NCBI GenBank assembly: GCA_965112155.1
Contig: OZ218104.1
Reading direction: 5' to 3' (one strand)
Source of the DNA: Podarcis liolepis
Taxonomy: Eukaryota
Length of the DNA: 64,000 nucleotides
Shown: one piece after another, positions 26,169 through 40,084 of the stretch
How positions within the stretch are numbered: the first letter of the stretch is position 1
Layout of the letters: every line of letters starts with the position of its first letter
Made by a program: the position numbers and the translations under genes
The notes under the pieces: model-generated
What the model saw: the letters and a program-made list of their open reading frames with translations, nothing else
What the model was told of the DNA's origin: nothing
Databases searched by the model: none

Positions 26169-28010
26169 AATAACCAGCTATAAAGAGAGAGATTCTGGTG
26201 TTGCTGTTCCCTCACCTCCCTTCTCTTTCGCACGCCTCCCCTGCTCACACCCCGACTCCTTTTAATTTAAAGCATATTCCTTAATGTGCATCACGCTGCT
26301 TCCTGTGTTTTCACGGCTGATCGTTCCTCCAGGGCAGATTCCTCCTCTTGGCTGTGTTTTATTTCCAGTAAGGGGTGGGAGGCTGTGTTGTAGAGGTGGC
26401 AAAAAAAAAAAAAGGAGAAGAAAAAAGGAGAAGAGGTATGCCAGAGGTATGCCAGAAGCCGGTATGCCAGAGGTATGCCAGAAGCCGGTTATTATAAAAG
26501 GGGAGGCTTAGCCGTGGCAAACCACAATGGAGCCGGCCTGCCTCCTGACCTGTGCTGCTTAAGCACTCCCTCCCCAGTCTTCACCCCGCTACCCCCCCAC
26601 ACTCTGCACCCCACACCCCACAGCTGATTAATTCTTCTGGTGATTGAGAGCCAGCCCGCTAGCCAACCCTGAAGCCTTTGTCATGATGCAAATCATGACA
26701 AATGAATGAACACCGTGTTCAGATTGTTTGACTGGCAAAGGTGGCATGGTGGCACTTCCTAATAATGAAAAAGCATCACCTGGGCCACAGCTGCCTGATC
26801 TTGAGCGCTTCGTCACCCCTACACTCCAGAACCTTCTTCCATTCTCTCATTGCACCAGTTGCAACTCAGCTTTGCCTGTGGGAGCTCTTCTTATGGGGAT
26901 AAACTCTTCACCCTCTACTCCTTAATTACTGAATCCTACATAATCCACCTTTCTTGCCCATTCCTCCCTGCTGTCCAGTTCTTGTGTATGCAGGCGGCCT
27001 GGAGGGAGTTTGCCACGTTCCTAGATGAGACGTCTACGGTTCTGTGGTAGTGGCAAATTTAGAAGCGCAGGGTCCCTTCGTGATTGTCACAGCCACTCCT
27101 CCTCACAGCCAGGCCGCCTTCTGAGATTATGCAACCTTTTTAAGTTTATACAATAATCCTATAATTATACAATAATAATAATTAGGAATACGTTGCAGTG
27201 ATTGATGCAGATCTCACTGTGTTGCCTTTCAGCTATGCATTCTATTTTCTGTGCACATACATGGGCAAATGCTTTGGAGTACTCCAATGTTTTATTTCAG
27301 AGGTACTTGAGTTGTGTTTTTCTGTGAAGTTCCATTGCGTGTAACAGAACTTAACACCCCACTCCCTTGAAACCAAAGCCTTCTGGGTCTTCAGTGTTCC
27401 TAAATGCTGAGCTTGGGAGCATACAGAACAACAACTTATTGGTGTTCTTCCTGCTTGCCTTCTCCAAAGGGACCCTAGGAGCCAATCCTCACTCCTTGAC
27501 TCACATCCTTTCACTCTGATTGGCTCCAGTCAGCACAAAGAGTGCAAAGACATTTTCTCAGGGCCTAAAAAGCTCCCCTTTCATGCCAAATGAGTGGCTT
27601 TAGAATGATGGAGACAGGGACCTTGCTGCAGATGACTTTGACCCCCCCCCCTGTGACTCCAGACCACTACATCTCTGGACATCTACCTCATTTTCTACAT
27701 TAGGTTTTTTTTAATAACCAGAGAGTTGAGACATACTATTTGACTTTGGGTGATGGTGGCCAGCTGCAAAGAGGAGAAGAGGGCTTGTGTACCTTTAATA
27801 GTTTTGTAGAACAGAGCATTCCTTCTTCAGCACAACTATTAAAAGTGTATGAGCCCCCTCTTTTGCATCTAGCCAACCTATTAAAAACCCTTCGCTAGAA
27901 GACAGGGCTTCTGGACCTTTAATATCTTATGGACGAGGGGGTTTCAGCAGGTAAATAGGTGTCAGCTGCTGAAATTTCTCTTTCTACACTACTATTAAAG
28001 GTGCAAGAGC

Positions 28011-28070
<60 letters not shown>

Positions 28071-28071
28071 T
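28011..28071. repeat. (CTTT)n microsatellite
   Basis: Directly visible. Confidence 0.95.
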
Positions 28072-28419
28072 CCATCCTTGTTTTGAAAAACCAAAATAGC
28101 CCTGCATCACATTTCATGCTACATACTGGGAAAGGGTGCCCTCCCAGTCAGTGGTTGTGGTGGAATCTCCCAGTATTTGATCTTTAAAAAGTGAGGATTA
28201 AGTTTGTTCACAGCTAAGAGGTCATAGAGTAATCCTGGGGGTCTCCCTTAATCTCTTGGTTTACAGAAGCACAAAGTGAACTTTCTCTTGCCATTTCCAC
28301 AAAAGCATCCAGCAGAAAGAGTCTGGGGCTATATTCATGTGAACAAACTGTGTTAAAATGTTTGTATAGGGATTATTATTTTAGAAGACGGACTTGGCTT
28401 CTGCTCTCTTCTTTGAGGC

Positions 28420-28720
28420 ATGTATCATAAAATTGTAGGACAGAGTCGGACGAAATCTCAGTGGTCAAGTAGTCTAACCCCTTAGCCATGCAGGCAATCT
28501 GCTGCTGTTGGATTGCTGATAGGTTGCTGCTCGGCCTCTTTTTAAAAAACTTCTGACAAAAGAATGTCCACCACCTTTCAATGCATCCTTTCCCACTATC
28601 CAACAGCTGGTGCTGCCAGGAGTGTTTTTTCCTGATAGGTCATCAAATTTTCCTTCCTTGTAATTCTGACTTCTTTGATTCAGGCTCCTGTTCTCTGGAA
28701 CAGAAAATAAATTTGCTCCA
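28420..28720 (-). mobile_element. Decayed CR1 LINE fragment
   Basis: TATCATAAAATTGTAGGAC...GTCAAGTAGTCTAACCCC and TTTTTCCTGATA..TCA..AAATTTTCCTTCCTTGTAAT resemble the antisense CR1 3' region. Confidence 0.6.
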
Positions 28721-28771
28721 TCATGTATTTGTTGTCCCTTCACATAGGTGGCAGTTGGAGATGGCTGCCAT

Positions 28772-28961
28772 CACAGGAGCCAACTCCTAGGGGCTGTGCA
28801 GTTTCGACCCTCACAATAAAATATTTGAGGGGGCAGCCCCCCACAAAGTTGATGGGCATTGGCATTCAAATGGAGTGTGTGTGCACTGCGCCATGTGATT
28901 GATTATGCGGGGCGGGACTTACCTGGGCCCCCACAATATTTCATTCAAGTTGGCACCCCTG
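28772..28961. mobile_element. hAT MITE
   Basis: 8-bp TSD GCTGCCAT at 28764-28771 and 28962-28969. Degenerate TIRs CACAGGAGCCAAC / GTTGGCACCCCTG. Confidence 0.78.
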
Positions 28962-31900
28962 GCTGCCATGTCTAATCTCGAATCATCTTTTCTTCTGGAA
29001 AACCACACCCACTGTGTCACTGGTCAGCACCTAGTTATTCTTGAGGGCCACTTTTGGAGCAGGGTGTCTCTGAATTACAAGTGAGGAGAGTGTTCTTGCG
29101 CTCAGATCCAGCTTGGGGGCTTCCAAGTGAGGCATCTGGTGGATTGCTGTGAGAACAGGGGGCTGGACTAGCCCTCTTAAGTTCTTCAAGGAATGTTCCC
29201 TTCTGATAATGCCTCCTGCATGCATTGAAGGAGGACAGAGAGCGGCTTGTACATGTGCAAAGTTAAAATCTGCATTCACTGCCCTGCCTACCTTTGCCCC
29301 TGCCCGGCCTTGCATGCGGCCCCCAGAAGCAAATGCGGCCCTCGGGGTGAAAAAGATCCCCCTGTCATAGAGGGGACTACTGTCAGACCGATCCATGCAT
29401 GAGCAACAGACTTGCGCGGTCTGGAATTTGAAACTTTCCGGCACATTGCTGTGCCCACGTGGCTTCGGCGGGATTCCACCAGAAAGCCTCCAATGCCTAT
29501 CCTGGGTGATGGGTACCATCCGTACCCTGGTCCCAAGCTCCGAATGATGCCGCAAGGTGTCTGGAAGGGCTGGGTGTGTGAGCCTCTTGCCGTCGCCGCC
29601 CTTGTACGCGCCCACAGTATGTTTCTCCTGCAACCTGTATTTGTTTTCCCAAGCCTTTCCGCTGTATTTAAATAGGGCGGCCTCCAGCTGTTCCACCGGA
29701 GCCTGCAAAACTAGCGGGAATCCTCCCCCTTCCTCGAACAAGCCTGGGGTGATATAATTAATATTGATGGAGGGGAGGGAGGGCCTGCAGTGAAGGAGTG
29801 ACTGTACACTGTCTCAGTTGGATCTCCGGCCTAACAGGTCTCCATGGCAACGTACACCTCAGCCTCATGCAGAATTCATGTTGGCCTTTCCTGTCCTGTC
29901 AGTATGGTTCCTCTCTTCCCCATCACTCGTCACTGGCATCCCTGAGTGACTTTTTGTGTATGTGTGGGGTGTGTGTGTATAGGTTTTATCCTCCCTCCCC
30001 TTTTGGGGGGCATGTGTATCCTTTGCAAAATACCTGTAGGAATAAAAACCCCATTGTCTTTGAAGCCCCTGACACTTCCAGGTTTGCTCGAGATGATTTG
30101 TGTTTTCATAGTAAGCTGCCTTGTACCAAGTCAGAGCGCAGCTCAGCATTGCCTACACGGGCAGGCAGCAGCCCTCCAGGGTTTCAGTGGCAGCTCTTGT
30201 AAGAGATGCCAAGGATCAAACCTGGAACCTTCTGCATTCAAATCAGATGCATGCTCTGCCATTGAGTTACGACCGTTCGCCTGTCTGTCTTTCTTTCTTC
30301 AAAAGAGGAGGAAAAATTGGGGCATGAAGAGAGAGCGAGAGAGCGCAATGTGGGCCTCAGACTCTTAATAAAGGCAGTTCTTCAAAGCCTCATTGCTTCC
30401 CCACCCCCAACTCCAGTGTTTGACATCAGGGAAATTTATAATGTACTCTCGGCTTGTAGTGATAATAGTGAAGAGGGGTGGAACACGGGTCACCCAAAGG
30501 TTGAGGTTGTCCCCCCCCCCTTTTGGCTTTCGGGTGCGATTGAAACACATACTGGCAAATCCAAGCTGCACAATTGATGTTGATTTGGAGCTCTTGGGCA
30601 GCAAAGCCGCTTCCCTCAAAAAAAGTTTGTTGATGATGGGAAGTGATGGGGGAAGTGCCCTGTAAAGTGCAGGATAACAATTGCTCGGCATTGTCTAACC
30701 TCCCCACAAACAAATCAGAATAGATGCTCAATAAACAGGCTATCTGGAAGCAACCTGGGAATTGTTCAGCTCCTGTTGAGGGCTTAGAACTCAAATGCTA
30801 GATTCTGGAAATGCAAAATATTTTTGCAACCCCCAGTCAGGATTAAGAGGACACTGCTTGATTAAGAGGGTGCCATTTGTGTACGCCAGCAGAGGCCATA
30901 ATAATTGACGCCAGAAATACTACCACTGCAATCCAGTAAATCACATTTCCCTATTTTTAAGATGTTACAAATGGTTGGCATTTTCATTGCCTTCCATTTC
31001 TTCTAATGTAGGGATGGGTGTGTATTTTGAGATTGGTGCTTCTCATGAGTGCCTTTTGCAGCTTTTGCAGCTTTCACACAACATAGTTGGCATTAAAATG
31101 CCAGCCAGGAGCTATTTCCCCTCCCCATTTCATTTGGATTTGCCCTTTCAGGAGTTGGGGCATCCAAGAAGGAAACGAAACCTGTTTCCAGTGACCCATT
31201 TGTGATACCTCAGTGAACAATTTACAAATGACACTTGGAATAACACTTAAAATAACAACAACAACACAGAGGGTATCTGTACACGGAAAATGTATATTTC
31301 CTCCTTTCCCCAATGAAACTGGCATAGCATCCTGCAAATAATTGCAATTCTGTTCTAGGAATTGCAGTTTGGTCCAGGAAGCCCATCCACTTCGGACCCA
31401 CCTGCTGCTGGAATAAGGCAAGAGACAGATAGAAGGCTCCCACACCCCTGCCTTAGAGAGAGATAGGCTTTATTGCAACTCTTTGTTCTGTGCATGCTGG
31501 TGTATTTCGAGTTTATCTTTCCTGCCCTCATACGCCTACCAGTTACCTGGGGAATACATCCTTGAGGTATGCACAACGACAACCTGTAGACAAATCTTGC
31601 CTCTGTGGCCCATCAATACCCATTAGAAGTAGAGAACAGCCTACTCAATTAGGCAGCCTATTTTCGGCCCCCTGCTGCCAAGGCTAAATTGCCCTCTGCA
31701 GAATATTCCCCAAAGCCTCCAGCAATGTAACTTTTCTTTAAGGGGGCCAATCCTCCCCCTTTGTCTAACTGGGTTAGGGGGGGAAGGACATAGTATAACT
31801 CTGTGTAACTGGCCTAAAATATTTTTCTCCTTTCTTATACACTACCGCTATATTCCTCCTCCACCCCAGTACTTTGAAGCAGTTCTTGCTGACTATGCTC

Positions 31901-33553
31901 CATAAACACCTCTTTGCTTTAGTAGCCTTTTTACTCAGCAGCCAGCAGCCTAGAGATGGGGAAATCTGTTTCTCGTCTTGTGTCCCGTGAACGTCACTGG
32001 ATCATACCTGTGCAACTTGTTACCTATCACATTTGGGGACCTTAAGCTGAAAGATAAAATATTTTTAGCCCTAAGGACTACAAACTTGTATACCCCTCCC
32101 TCCCTCCCTCCCAAGAACATCATGTAGTTCGCTAGCATATGAGTCTCCTGAAGCTCTGTTTCATTTGCTGTTTATGTGATGTCTTTACACTGTTTTATTG
32201 GTTTGAGACTGTAATTCTGTTTTAATGGATATTGTGTTTTATATACTGTACACCATGTACCCGGCCAAGAGATTTTTTAAAAATATTAAGAGGTTTAGAA
32301 ATATTTTAAATGAATTTATTAAATACATATCAAGACACAGAGGATAGCATGGCCTCTGATGTGATAAATTCCTACATACAGGGTGGGGTTTGTTTGTTTT
32401 TACTGCCAGTGAGCTTTCAAAAACAAACCAAATTCTTTCAACTGTAGACCAAAGCGGAATTCCTGCAACACATGCACCAAGCTTACTAGTCGGTTTTCTG
32501 GTGAACCTCGACATGCTCCCACTCAGAATCATCCCTAAGGTGTGACTTCTTTAGTAGGTAGCTTGTGCCCATTCAGATTGGCAAGGCAGAAGTACAGGGA
32601 GCCCAACAGTAGGTGGGGACAGGACCAATGACAGGCAGAGCCAACTAATTCTAGTTCCATCCCCATTCCAGGTGGAGGCTGGCTGGGGACCCTCTGAGGT
32701 TGGTGAGACTGCTCCCGAGCTATTCTAATGGATCAGCCTCCACTGGGCTTCAGCAAGCTCTTGCATTCCTCCATCATTTGCAAATATGTACATATGGTAA
32801 CCGAACCACAATATGATAGTTTTGCATAACTGCTAGTTGGTTCACTGTGAGCACTGGAGATGGTCCCTTTTGCTGCCCGTGCTGTAGGCTTTCTCTGCTC
32901 CAGCTCCCTCTTTCCCCACCCCTTCCCTTCCAAAAAACATCTCGTTGCATGTTTGGACTCAGACGGAAGAGCTCTGTGTTCGTGTACATGCAGGAGGAGT
33001 GTTTATTTTTCCATCCCAGTGCTTCTGCCTTCGGAGACTTTTTAAGAGCTATGAAACTAGGTAAATCCTACGCTCCTATCTCCCACCCTGGAGTTTTAAT
33101 CGCCTTTCCTGCTGAGCTTTTCTGATTGTTTTTTCTACCGCATCCTGTGTGGCAAGGGATGAATTTGTGTGTGTGTGTCTTTTGGTGAGAGTGTGATCTG
33201 GATCCCCTCCAGACCGGCAAATGGACACCATGCTTTAAATGAGAGAGATTCGGATTCAGAACAAAAGCCAGGAAGATTGTTTACCAGGATGGATCCCCTC
33301 TTTCCAGCATAGGATACTGAGTCAGGCCATTGCTCCATCTGCTCTCTACACTGAATAGCAGAGAATCTCCTGGGTTTCAGGCAGGGTACATTCACATCCA
33401 CACCTGGAGGTGCCAGGAATTGAACCCAAGACTTTCTGCATGCAAGGCAGATGCTGTCAGCTCAGTACCAGAAGGTTGCTGGGGGTTACCCAGAAGCCGA
33501 GTCCCCTGACCTCAAGGGAACTCTGCACATGCTTGAGGGTACTCTCTCTATTA

Positions 33554-33779
33554 CAGTGGTACCTCAGGTTAAGTACTTAATTCGTTCCAGAGGTCTGTTC
33601 TTAACCTGAAACTGTTCTTAACCTGAAGCACCACTTTAGCTAATGGGGCCTCCTGCTGCTGCCATGCCGCCGGAGCACAATTTCTGTTCTCATCCTGAAG
33701 CAAAGTTCTTAACTTGAAGCACTATTTCTGGGTTAGTGGAGTCTGTAACCTGAAGCGTATGTAACCCGAGGTACCGCTG
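33554..33779 (+). mobile_element. Tc1/mariner-type MITE family B, copy 4 (226 bp)
   Basis: TA|CAGTGGTACCTCAGGTTA...TAACCCGAGGTACCGCTG|TA. Confidence 0.92.
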
Positions 33780-34332
33780 TATTGCTTCCTTTCTTCTCAA
33801 GGCTGACCTGTGGCTCTAGAAAACTGGGTTTGGGGACTAAGCTTCAAATCAAGCCCTTGCCCCAACCTTGTGTGGGTCTCCCTATGTGGGTCTTCTGGTG
33901 GAAGAAGGACTGATGTGGATTTACCTTCTGCAACAAACCTTTGGGGCTGTGAAGTTGGCTTCTGACAACTCCTACACCTGTTTTCTTGAGTGAAGAGCTT
34001 GCTTTAAAAAAAGGAAACAGGTTTAAGAATCTATCTCAATGCTTTTTCCAGATTCTCTACTTGGACTCTTTGGGCTCTTTACAACTAAGATCTGCTTAGA
34101 ATAGACCTAATGTAAATAATGGACCACAAGTTAGCCACGTTGGTTAATTTCAATAGCTCTACTCTTAGTAGGGCTAACACTGGATACAACTCAATATCTC
34201 CGACTCCTGCAAACCACCTCTGACAGGGCCACCTACCTGTCATTCACCTGACATCATTATGCCCCCCCCCCCCCCGTTAAAATTGGCCCACCCCAATGTA
34301 ATTGATTCAGGGAGGATATTTTTTAGCATTTT

Positions 34333-34411
34333 TTTTTAAAATTCTTTTTATTAAGTTTCTTTTACACATACAAAAAGAAAAAACAAATACTTTCAAGAAA
34401 ATAAAACGGCA
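34333..34411 (-). mobile_element. Short 5'-truncated poly(A) retro-insertion (L1/Tx1-type)
   Basis: 15-bp direct repeat ATTTTTTAGCATTTT at 34318-34332 and 34412-34426. The minus strand ends AATAAAAAGAATTTT followed by an A-run. Confidence 0.65.
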
Positions 34412-35028
34412 ATTTTTTAGCATTTTAAAGGACACCACAACCCATTGCAGCATTTATCAGAAGTGCCCACTGAAATCAGGAAGGCTTACTTCAGAGTAAA
34501 GATGTTGGGCAGAAAACTAGCCAGCTGCTAAATTTGTTCTGCTGTTGAGACTTGCTATTTCCACCCCCACTCAGCGTTTGAAAATAACAATCGGTCTGCT
34601 TGCCTGCCTTTTTTCCACGCTTTGCAACAAGTGCAGACAGGGAGGCTGCCAAAACAGAGGACATAAGCAGGAGAGAGTGGCTAATTAAATCTGCCCTGGT
34701 TTAATCTGACACTGCAGAACCCCATTCAAATTGCACAAAGATATCCTCCTGCTCTCCAACCCCTGCAGACATCAATTGGTGATCTGTAAGTTGAAATGTG
34801 TTGAGATTTCAAATATACCACTTAAGTGACACCAGTTGCTGGGAATTTTTCTACAATGTCACGATCAAGTGTTCTGACTTTGGATTTTCCTGCACTTGCT
34901 TTTGAGAAGAGATGTATAGGATTACGCTCTTAGGCCACAATCCTATGCTCATTTAAAATGGGAGTAAACCGCATTTCACACCAATTTACCTGCGAGATTG
35001 TCTGACCCCCACATGCAACACTTGACTA

Positions 35029-35270
35029 CAGTGGTACCTCAGGTTAAGTACTTAATTCGTTCCGGAGGTCCGTACTTAACCTGAAACTGTTCTTAACCTG
35101 AAGCACCACTTTAGCTAATGGGGCCACCTGCTGCTGCTGCGCCACCAGAACACGATTTCTGTTCTCATCCTGAAGCAAAGTTCTTAAGCCGAGGTATTAT
35201 TTCTGGGTTAGCGGAGTCTGTAACCTGAAGCGTATGTAACCTGAACCGTATGTAACCCGAGGTACTACTG
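35029..35270 (+). mobile_element. Tc1/mariner-type MITE family B, copy 5 (242 bp)
   Basis: TA|CAGTGGTACCTCAGGTTA...TAACCCGAGGTACTACTG|TA. Confidence 0.92.
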
Positions 35271-38200
35271 TACTTTGTCTGTTACAATTGCCCCATAATA
35301 CTCATTCCGTATTTGTAAGAGTTCCACACTTTGGAACTCCCTGGCTATTGACACCAGGCAGGTGCCTTCACTGCACACCTTTTGGTGCCTGCTAAAAACA
35401 TTTTTGTTTAGGCCAGCCTACTCAGACTTCTAAAAATCTGTTTTTATCTTACGTTTATTTTTATTTCTTACTGTTTTAATTAGTTGTTTTTAACTGTTTT
35501 TTATTTACTATTTTTATTTACTATTTAATTTATTTATTGTTTCATTCTTTTTGCAGTCCACTTTGGGGCTTGTTGTTTGTTTGTTTTTGCAACCAAGAGG
35601 CCTACAAATTTTGTGAAATAAATAAATAAATGGAACGCAGCGGAACTTCCTTTGAATAAAACACGCGTAGGATTGCCTCTGAGGATGGCTGGTGAAGTGC
35701 AAACAGTGACCCACCAGAAAACACTTCTTGCCATAAAAGTCTCCAGGGTTCAGTTGCATTAGGTGTTTTAGGACCGTGCAAGCCAAGATTCCCCCGCCCC
35801 CCCCCCCCGGCTCAGAATTTAATCCGAGATGGAGATAAATCAGGATCATTCCTTTGAGCTTAGCATTGCCACCCTGAAGAAGCTTATTTCTGGTTCTGGA
35901 GAACTTCCCCAGAATCTCTCTTATCTGACCACATTGAAGTTATTTCACAAGGGCCTGGAAGGGAGTCTCTGGCGATACGCTAGTGATTCAGCATTGCTTT
36001 TGGAGCTTCCTATCCACCTTTGTTGTCTAATCTTCATACCTTCATACTGCTTGGCACACCATCCCCTTCTCCCTGCTCTGGTTGTCCCTGGAACCCTTTG
36101 TCCTGTTTCTCCGCCCCATTGTGGGGGGAAAGGCGACTCTGAAATCCCCCACAATGCCCGCTCTCTTTTTCTTCTGGGGCCTTTTCTTGCTTTTTTTATT
36201 TATAGGGTTTCCAGCTGCTTCATTCCTGCCATTTTGCCCGTGTTACCAGGGCTCTGCCTGACTTGGAATAAAGACTCCTTTCCACGGGTCACTTCTGCTG
36301 TGGCTTGGTTTGTGTATCTTGTCGGTGTGACTGCTCTGGGAAAGCGAGGACACCCCCTCCTGTTTCAGTGGGGGGGGGGCTACATTCTTTGGGGGTGTCT
36401 CCACTTGTCTGGGTGGGGTCTGGAAGCCATTCTTGTTAATTTGCTTTTATAACTGGCATTGGCACTCCGCTCCTCCATCTGGTCCCAGCGGGTGGGGGAA
36501 GAGGAGGCAGTGAATGCAGCCATCAGGACAGCTGTTACACCACAGAAAGTGACTCGGGTTACCTGTTTGAAGGGATGAGCAGTGACATCCATCTCCTCCT
36601 CCTCCCCCCCTTGCTCAGCCAGGCCCAGGCGAACATCCTGCCCTCGCCATTCCGCACATGTTTGGGGTTGGGACCATCTCACCTTCCTTTGCCAAAGGTG
36701 CCTCTCCTCAAATTACTCCCCTCCTTAATTCTTTCCCGCCCACAACCCTCCTGGAAACAGGTTAATCAGTAGGAAAGGGAAGCATGCGGATTTAGGGAGG
36801 CAAATTAGGAGTAGTAGGCAATCACACGCTTTGTTTCCCCAGATTGCAGACCCTGCCTGTGCTTACTGACGAGTAAGCCTTAGGGATGTGGATTTTGTTT
36901 TGACAAACCTTTGCCCCCTTTCTCTCACTCCCCCCTCTTTTCCTACAGCAACGGGTGGTGGTGGTGGTGAGGGCTGGAAAAGGTCAGCTACGCAGCTCCT
37001 GCTCTCTGCCCCCCCCTCCTCTGTGGTCTCCGCCTGCTAATCCAATCCTTTCCAGGAGTCTCTGCCGTTCTTGAAGGTTTTAGGCTAACACTATAATTGA
37101 TCTTCTGCAACACGTCTCTTGTTCTTGCTGCCCCCACTCCCCAATACATAGGCTTGCTGCCAGACTCTGGGGGGGGAAGCAGGATTGGGGTTGGAATTTG
37201 CAATTGCAGTAAGCTGGGGCAGGTTTACCAGAATCGGGAGCTTCCCCTCAAGTCCAGTGCGTGCTTATTCAGCTACAGCCAGACTAGCCAATGTGGTTGT
37301 TGTTGGACCACAGTTCAAATCATGACACACACACACCACTTTTTTTTAGCACAATTATCCCTCCAGTGGTTCCAAACCTTTCTTACCAAGTCTTCCACCT
37401 GTAATCTTGTCCATTCCCAACAGTACTTGTTTATCGAGCTGCAATACTACAAAATCCATGATGCAGTGCAACCTACTGTGTGCAAAAGCATAGGAACATA
37501 CGGTGAGTGGCCAGGGGCCAGAAGCAAAAATGGGTGGAGCCATGGATGCAACTCTAACCTCTGTACAGTAGGTTACATTGCAGCCACGGAAAAGTCGGAT
37601 TATCTGCAGACCTCCCTCTCTCCATCCAGGCCAGCAAGAGGTGTTATCACACATTATCACTGGGCAAAAGCACACAGGGAGGATGCAGGACATCAGTGTT
37701 GCCTGAGAAGGGAGTGGCCTGAAGATAAGGGGTGTGGTTTGGGAAAGGAGGTGTGGCCTGAAGAGAAGGGGTTGTGACCCAAGGAGAATTCTGGAAGCCA
37801 GATAGTCCTGGAAGGCTGCATCTGGTCCCCAGGCGTGAGGGTCCCCCTTCCTGGAGTAAATGGACCAGTGCTCTGACACCATATAAGAGCATCACAAGAA
37901 GGAAACAGAGAAACAGGAACAGGTTCAGAAGAGAGCAGCGAAGATGGCTGTGGTATTGAAGGGAAGCTTGAAGGAACTGGGTGTGTTTATCCTGGAAAGG
38001 AGAAGAACTGATAATCACACTTCAAGTACCTGACGGGCTCTGTTGACACAGATCTGCTGTCAAGTGTGAAGAAAAGCCATAGTCAGTTTTGTATGTATTC
38101 AGCAGCCCGGAATCCCTGAAATAGGCTCACTCCCTAAGCGTCAGGAACAGGGAGGCTGGCTGGCCTGGCTTTGACTCCCCCTCTCCCTCTCTCTTGAACC

Positions 38201-40084
38201 CGCTCAGCCTGCTGTGCACAAAGGCATCTTCCCTTGTCTGTGGAGGAATAAAAGATTGCCACGGCACCTTTAGATGAGATTTCATTTCAGACGCAATAAT
38301 CTAACAAGAATGTTCCCATCCCTTAACAGCCCACCTGCAGTTTGATATTTAATCAGGAATCGGCTGTCGCGTTTATTACAGTGGGAATCCCAAGACCATT
38401 TCGCATCACGCTTCGTATGGAGGATCCCCCGCCACACCCCCACCCTTTCTCATCCAATTTGGGTTCCTCTTTTAGCCAGGCACACTCGAAATAAATGGGA
38501 CAACCCCCCACGGTGCCTTAATTTAATTTAACTGTGGGTTTAAAAGCGTTGCTCAGTCCGCGCCTTAAAACATTCATCCTTTATTTTTCCTGGTAAGTTT
38601 TCCCATTTGATTATTCCTTTCCCTTGCTATACTAGACTCATTTCTGCCAAGACGCCTGGAATTTTGATTGCATATAAAGGACTCCCATTTCAGCAGTGGG
38701 GGGGGGGGGAGTACCTTCTGACTCAAAACACAGGCCACCATCGCCACCCCCCTCTGACTTCCGCCTGCAATGATGGAGCCAATTATCTTAAACCTGTTCC
38801 ATGTTTTTAACATTTCGCTGGGCGCATTAAAGCCTTCATTTCATTTATTCATCCTGGCTTTTTAGAGGTGTCTTGGAGAGAAATCCATCTCCCCCACCCC
38901 CTGCTGGTGGAACCAAAGCTATGGATTAAGGCCCCCTCCCTGCAAACACAGGGCATTCATTTATTTTATTATTTAGTGCGTTTGTGCTTCGTTCTTCAGC
39001 CAAAAAGACTCCCACAGTGGCTTACATATAATCAATTGAAAGTTGACAGCTCCTGTCCACAGGCATGCAATCCAGAAGACACAACACACAAGGAAAATGG
39101 GACAGGAAGGGCAGAGGAAGCAAGCCTGGGTGCCCATCCTTAAATCCAGATGGATTTGAACGTAATTGTAATGTGGGGGTCACCAACACAATACTCAATC
39201 CCAATTGGTTCCCCTTAAGATTTGAGTGTAAGGTTTTGGTATGTTGCTTTAAACCTAAGGATCTACCCCTCACCGTTCCCTACTCACCATGGGTATGCTT
39301 TTACCTCCTGCTTGGATTCTCTGTAGCCCTGTTTTGGCTATAATCCAGTTGGTGCTCACTACCTGAGGTTGCTATTAGAAGGCGTAGTAAAATGTCTTGC
39401 TAAATTATGTGGGGCACCTCTTTAGTCAGCTTAAGCTTTTCTTCATCCATTAAGGTAATTGATTAACTAGAAGGAGCAGCAGACAGAGAGAAAATAAGAG
39501 AGAGAGTTCAAGACTCCTGCACCCTTTAGAGTTGCATCAGAAAACAGCATTGGGGCAGATGCAGCTTGTCACTCCTATATTTTTTTTTGGGGGGGGAGGG
39601 GGGAAGTAACCCCAGCCAATTGCTTTCTTTTGCAGAAGTATTGCGGGCACAGTAAACTAGCCTAGCCTTCCAACGGACTGCAGTTAAGGAGAGGAAAGGC
39701 CGAGGTGAAAAGGGGGTGGCTGCTAGCCCTCCAGCTAAAAATTCAGTTAAATTAATTATTTCTTTTTAAAAAACCACATTCCCTTTGTTTCTTTCCCTGT
39801 GATGCACAAGGAAGTGGATCTTTCTTTGTTTGCTCAGTAGATTGGACCCCGACTGAGTCAGTAAGATATAATGGCCGATAATAAGCCCCTTTTGCGAAGA
39901 GCCAGGGACCTCTCTAATAAGAAGAAAAGGCTTCGGAGGGGGCTAAGTGCTCCTTGCCCTTTCTTTGAGAAGACCACCACTTAAGCCCCCCCACCCGCCC
40001 ACCCCAACCTCTTTCTCCTGTGTGTTTTAGGAGCAGAAGGTTTAATAACAGATTTCATTCCTGTACTCCTTTGGGGTAGCTGAG

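Noticed and set aside
35829-37777. 207-aa and 226-aa ORFs (also 8689-9471, 23047-23685, 47648-48202, 59978-60640)
   Set aside because: No recognisable domains. Most have non-ATG starts, and several cross repeats or microsatellites, which is consistent with chance ORFs in intronic DNA.
40031-40039. 9-nt phase 1-1 microexon (ttttag|GAGCAGAAG|gtttaa)
   Set aside because: The acceptor is good but the donor is poor. Such matches are expected by chance in a 46-kb intron.
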